Shown here: one piece after another, positions 61,351 to 64,000 of the stretch
Numbering within the stretch: position 1 is the first letter of the stretch
Layout of the letters: each line of letters opens with the position of its first letter
NCBI GenBank assembly: GCA_965207735.1
Contig: OZ242296.1
Location: forward strand, 1,376,001 to 1,440,000
Reading direction: 5' to 3'
DNA from: Candidatus Versatilivorator sp.
GTDB taxonomy: Bacteria > Acidobacteriota > Terriglobia > Versatilivoradales > Versatilivoraceae
Length of the DNA stretch: 64,000 bases
Position numbers and translations under genes: made by a program
Notes under the pieces: model-generated
Seen by the model: the letters and a program-made list of their open reading frames with translations, nothing else
Databases searched by the model: none
Told to the model about the DNA's origin: nothing

Positions 61351-64000
61351 AGACCGTCATCCCGACTCACAGTCCCCTGCCTCGGGGGTTTCACCCCTAC
61401 CTGGCTCAGTGGTTCCGCCAACGCTTCGCCGTCCCCTCCCCTGCCCAGAAAGCGGGTTGGCCCCCGGTAATGGCCGGCCGAGATACGCTGGTCGCCGCGC
61501 CCACCGGATCGGGCAAGACCCTGGCGGCATTTCTGTGGTCCCTGAACCGGCTGGTGGGGTTGACCTTGAAGGGCCGGCTCGAAGACCGCACCTATGTGGT
61601 TTACGTGTCGCCCCTGAAGGCGCTGGGAAACGACATTCACAAGAACCTGCAGGTCCCGATGGAGGAAATCGGCCGCATCTCCCAAGAGGCGGGCGAGGCC
61701 CCGTTGGGAATTCGTGTGGCGGTGCGCTCGGGAGACACTCCCAACAGCGAACGGCAGGCCATGCTCCGCCGCCCACCCCATATCCTGATCACGACTCCCG
61801 AGTCGCTCTATATTCTGCTCACGGCCAAAGGGAGTCGCGGCTACCTGGCCGGGGCCGAAACGGTGATCGTGGACGAAATCCATGCCGTGGCCGGAGACAA
61901 GCGCGGTTCTCACCTGGCCCTGTCCCTGGAACGACTGGACCATCTGGCCGGCCGGCGCCTGCAGAGGATCGGACTCAGCGCCACTCAGAAGCCCGTATCC
62001 GCCATTGCCCGTCTGCTGGTCGGGACCTCGGGGCTCACGCCCAAGGGCCGGGTCAATTGCTCCATCGTGGATATAGGCCACCAGCGGGATCTTGAGTTAT
62101 CCATTGCCATTCCCGACCTGGAGTTCGGCCCCATTGCCAGTCTGGAGCTCTGGGAAGCCGTCTATGAGCGCATTGCCGCCGAATCGCGGGCTCACCGATC
62201 GACCCTGGTCTTTGTACACACCCGCCGCCTGGCGGAACGAGTCGCCCACAAGCTGAGTCAGCGCCTGGGAGAAGATCAGGTCGCCACCCACCACGGCAGC
62301 CTGTCCAAGGAGAGCCGTCTGGCGGCGGAACAGCAACTCAAGTCCGGCGTCATTGCGGTGGTGGTGGCCACGGCTTCGCTGGAACTGGGCATCGACATCG
62401 GCCACGTCGACCTCGTTTGCCATGTCGGGGCGCCCCGCTCCATCGCCAGCCTGCTGCAGAGAATCGGCCGCTCAGGGCACGGCCTGGACACGACTCCCAA
62501 GGGTCTCCTCTTCCCTCTCACCAGGGACGAGCTGTTGCAAACCGCCGCGGCCGTGCGGGCCGTCCGCGACGGAGAGCTGGATCGGGTCCACATCCCCGAG
62601 AAGCCACTGGACATCCTGGCTCAGCAGATAGTCGCCACCGTCGCCAGCGGAGAGATCGACGAGGGGGAACTTTGGGAACAGTGCCGGAAGGCCTATCCCT
62701 ATCGCGACCTGACTCCCGCAGAGTTTGCAGAGGTGGTGGAGATTCTCTCCGAAGGGATTTCGACCCGCCGAGGCCGAGGCTCGGCCTACCTTCACCACGA
62801 TGGAGTCCACCGTCGCCTGCGTCCTCGCAGAAACGCGGCCCTGGCGGCCATCACCGGCGGGGGAGCCATTCCCGATACGGCCGATTACGACGTCATCCAG
62901 GAACCGGAGGGTATTGTCGTAGGCCGGGTCAACGAGGACTTCGCCATCGAGAGCATGGCCGGAGACATCTTCCTCCTCGGGAACCAGTCCTGGCGCATCC
63001 GTCGGGTCGAATCAGGCAAGCTGCGCGTGGAAGACGCGCAGGGGGCGGCTCCCACCATTCCCTTCTGGGTGGGAGAGGCTCCGGCGCGCACGGCGGAGTT
63101 GTCGGCAGCAGTCTCGGAGCTCCGCCGCGAGTTGGCCGAGAAACTGGACAGTGAACCGGACTCGGCCTGCGACTGGTTGTCCCGAGAGTGCGGTTTGCAT
63201 CGGTCGGGGGCCGAACAACTGGTCGCCTATCTGACCCAGACCCGGGCAGTCCTGGGAGAGGTTCCCACACAACAAACCGTAGTCGCCGAGCGCTTCTTCG
63301 ACGAATCGGGGGGCATGCAACTGGTGCTGCACACTCCGTTTGGAGGCCGCATCAATCGAGCCTGGGGCCTGGCCCTGAGGAAGCGGTTCTGCGTCTCCTT
63401 CAATTTCGAGCTTCAGGCGGCAGCCACCGATGACGGAGTGGTGATTTCCCTGGGAGAACAGCACAGCTTCCCGCTGCAGAGCGTCTCCTCCATGGTGAGA
63501 ACCGAACGAACCGAACGAGACCTGATCCAGGGAGTGCTGGCCTCTCCCATGTTCGGAAATCGCTGGCGCTGGAACGCCACCCGTTTTCTGGCCCTGCTGC
63601 GGTTCCAGCATGGCCGCCGGGTGCCCATGCCGATTCAGCGGATGCGGGCGGAAGATCTGCTGGCCGCCGTATTCCCGGCCCAGTTGGCCTGTCAGGACAA
63701 CGCTCCCGGTCCGGTGGAGCCGGTGGACCACCCGCTGGTAAACCAGACATTGCACGATTGCCTGCACGAACCGCTGGACCTGGAGGGGTTTCTGGAAGTT
63801 CTGGGCCGGCTGGAGGCAGGAGAGATTCGCTTCCTGGGGCGCGACACGCCCGCTCCCTCCCCCATGTCGCATGAGATCCTCAACGCCAACCCCTATGCCT
63901 TCCTGGATGACGCTCCCCTGGAGGAGCGACGGGCGCGGGCGGTGTCACTCAGACGGATGGAGACCGACGCCATCCAGGCCGATTCCATCCTGGATCCCGA
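61347..64000 (+). CDS. lhr: Lhr family DEAD/DEAH-box helicase (runs off window end)
   Basis: Manual translation MKTVIPTHSPLPRGFHPYLAQWF; APTGSGKT, YVSPLKALGND, TTPESL, DEIH, GLSAT, HHGSLS, LELGID, QRIGRSGH. Confidence 0.9.
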   Translation, partial: MKTVIPTHSPLPRGFHPYLAQWFRQRFAVPSPAQKAGWPPVMAGRDTLVAAPTGSGKTLAAFLWSLNRLVGLTLKGRLEDRTYVVYVSPLKALGNDIHKNLQVPMEEIGRISQEAGEAPLGIRVAVRSGDTPNSERQAMLRRPPHILITTPESLYILLTAKGSRGYLAGAETVIVDEIHAVAGDKRGSHLALSLERLDHLAGRRLQRIGLSATQKPVSAIARLLVGTSGLTPKGRVNCSIVDIGHQRDLELSIAIPDLEFGPIASLELWEAVYERIAAESRAHRSTLVFVHTRRLAERVAHKLSQRLGEDQVATHHGSLSKESRLAAEQQLKSGVIAVVVATASLELGIDIGHVDLVCHVGAPRSIASLLQRIGRSGHGLDTTPKGLLFPLTRDELLQTAAAVRAVRDGELDRVHIPEKPLDILAQQIVATVASGEIDEGELWEQCRKAYPYRDLTPAEFAEVVEILSEGISTRRGRGSAYLHHDGVHRRLRPRRNAALAAITGGGAIPDTADYDVIQEPEGIVVGRVNEDFAIESMAGDIFLLGNQSWRIRRVESGKLRVEDAQGAAPTIPFWVGEAPARTAELSAAVSELRRELAEKLDSEPDSACDWLSRECGLHRSGAEQLVAYLTQTRAVLGEVPTQQTVVAERFFDESGGMQLVLHTPFGGRINRAWGLALRKRFCVSFNFELQAAATDDGVVISLGEQHSFPLQSVSSMVRTERTERDLIQGVLASPMFGNRWRWNATRFLALLRFQHGRRVPMPIQRMRAEDLLAAVFPAQLACQDNAPGPVEPVDHPLVNQTLHDCLHEPLDLEGFLEVLGRLEAGEIRFLGRDTPAPSPMSHEILNANPYAFLDDAPLEERRARAVSLRRMETDAIQADSILDP

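Overview
High-GC bacterial chromosome segment, most likely from an Acidobacterium. The basis is a Cys-rich insertion in RpoB, three tandem-style Acidobacterial VWA proteins, bshC and a DUF1592/DUF1552 pair. Bases 1-14500 (minus strand) hold the core cluster yacL-ispD-gltX-rlmB-tRNAs-tuf-rpmG-tRNA-Trp-secE-nusG-rplKAJL-rpoBC. Bases 14800-41700 hold accessory metabolic genes interspersed with several nested non-coding repeat families. Bases 41700-64000 are housekeeping genes (polyprenyl synthase, tatD, dedA, metG, larC, hemW, bshC, pyrG, kdsB, dtd, a B12 mutase pair, comEA-like, lhr). The main observation is a pair of closely related group II introns: an RT-encoding copy (30342-32336) and an ORF-less copy (38031-38899). 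Their 7-nt EBS1 guide loops differ, and each matches its own insertion site in a different dispersed repeat family. The first sits in a purine-rich intergenic repeat whose empty copy is visible at 19820/19821. The second sits in the terminal inverted repeat of a MITE, and that MITE splits the signal peptide of apbE. Also present: a probable selenocysteine peroxiredoxin, a chimeric pseudogene, a tuf gene with anomalous strand composition, and a mutase with isobutyryl-CoA-mutase-type residues. All coordinates and alignments were read by eye; no database searches were run.
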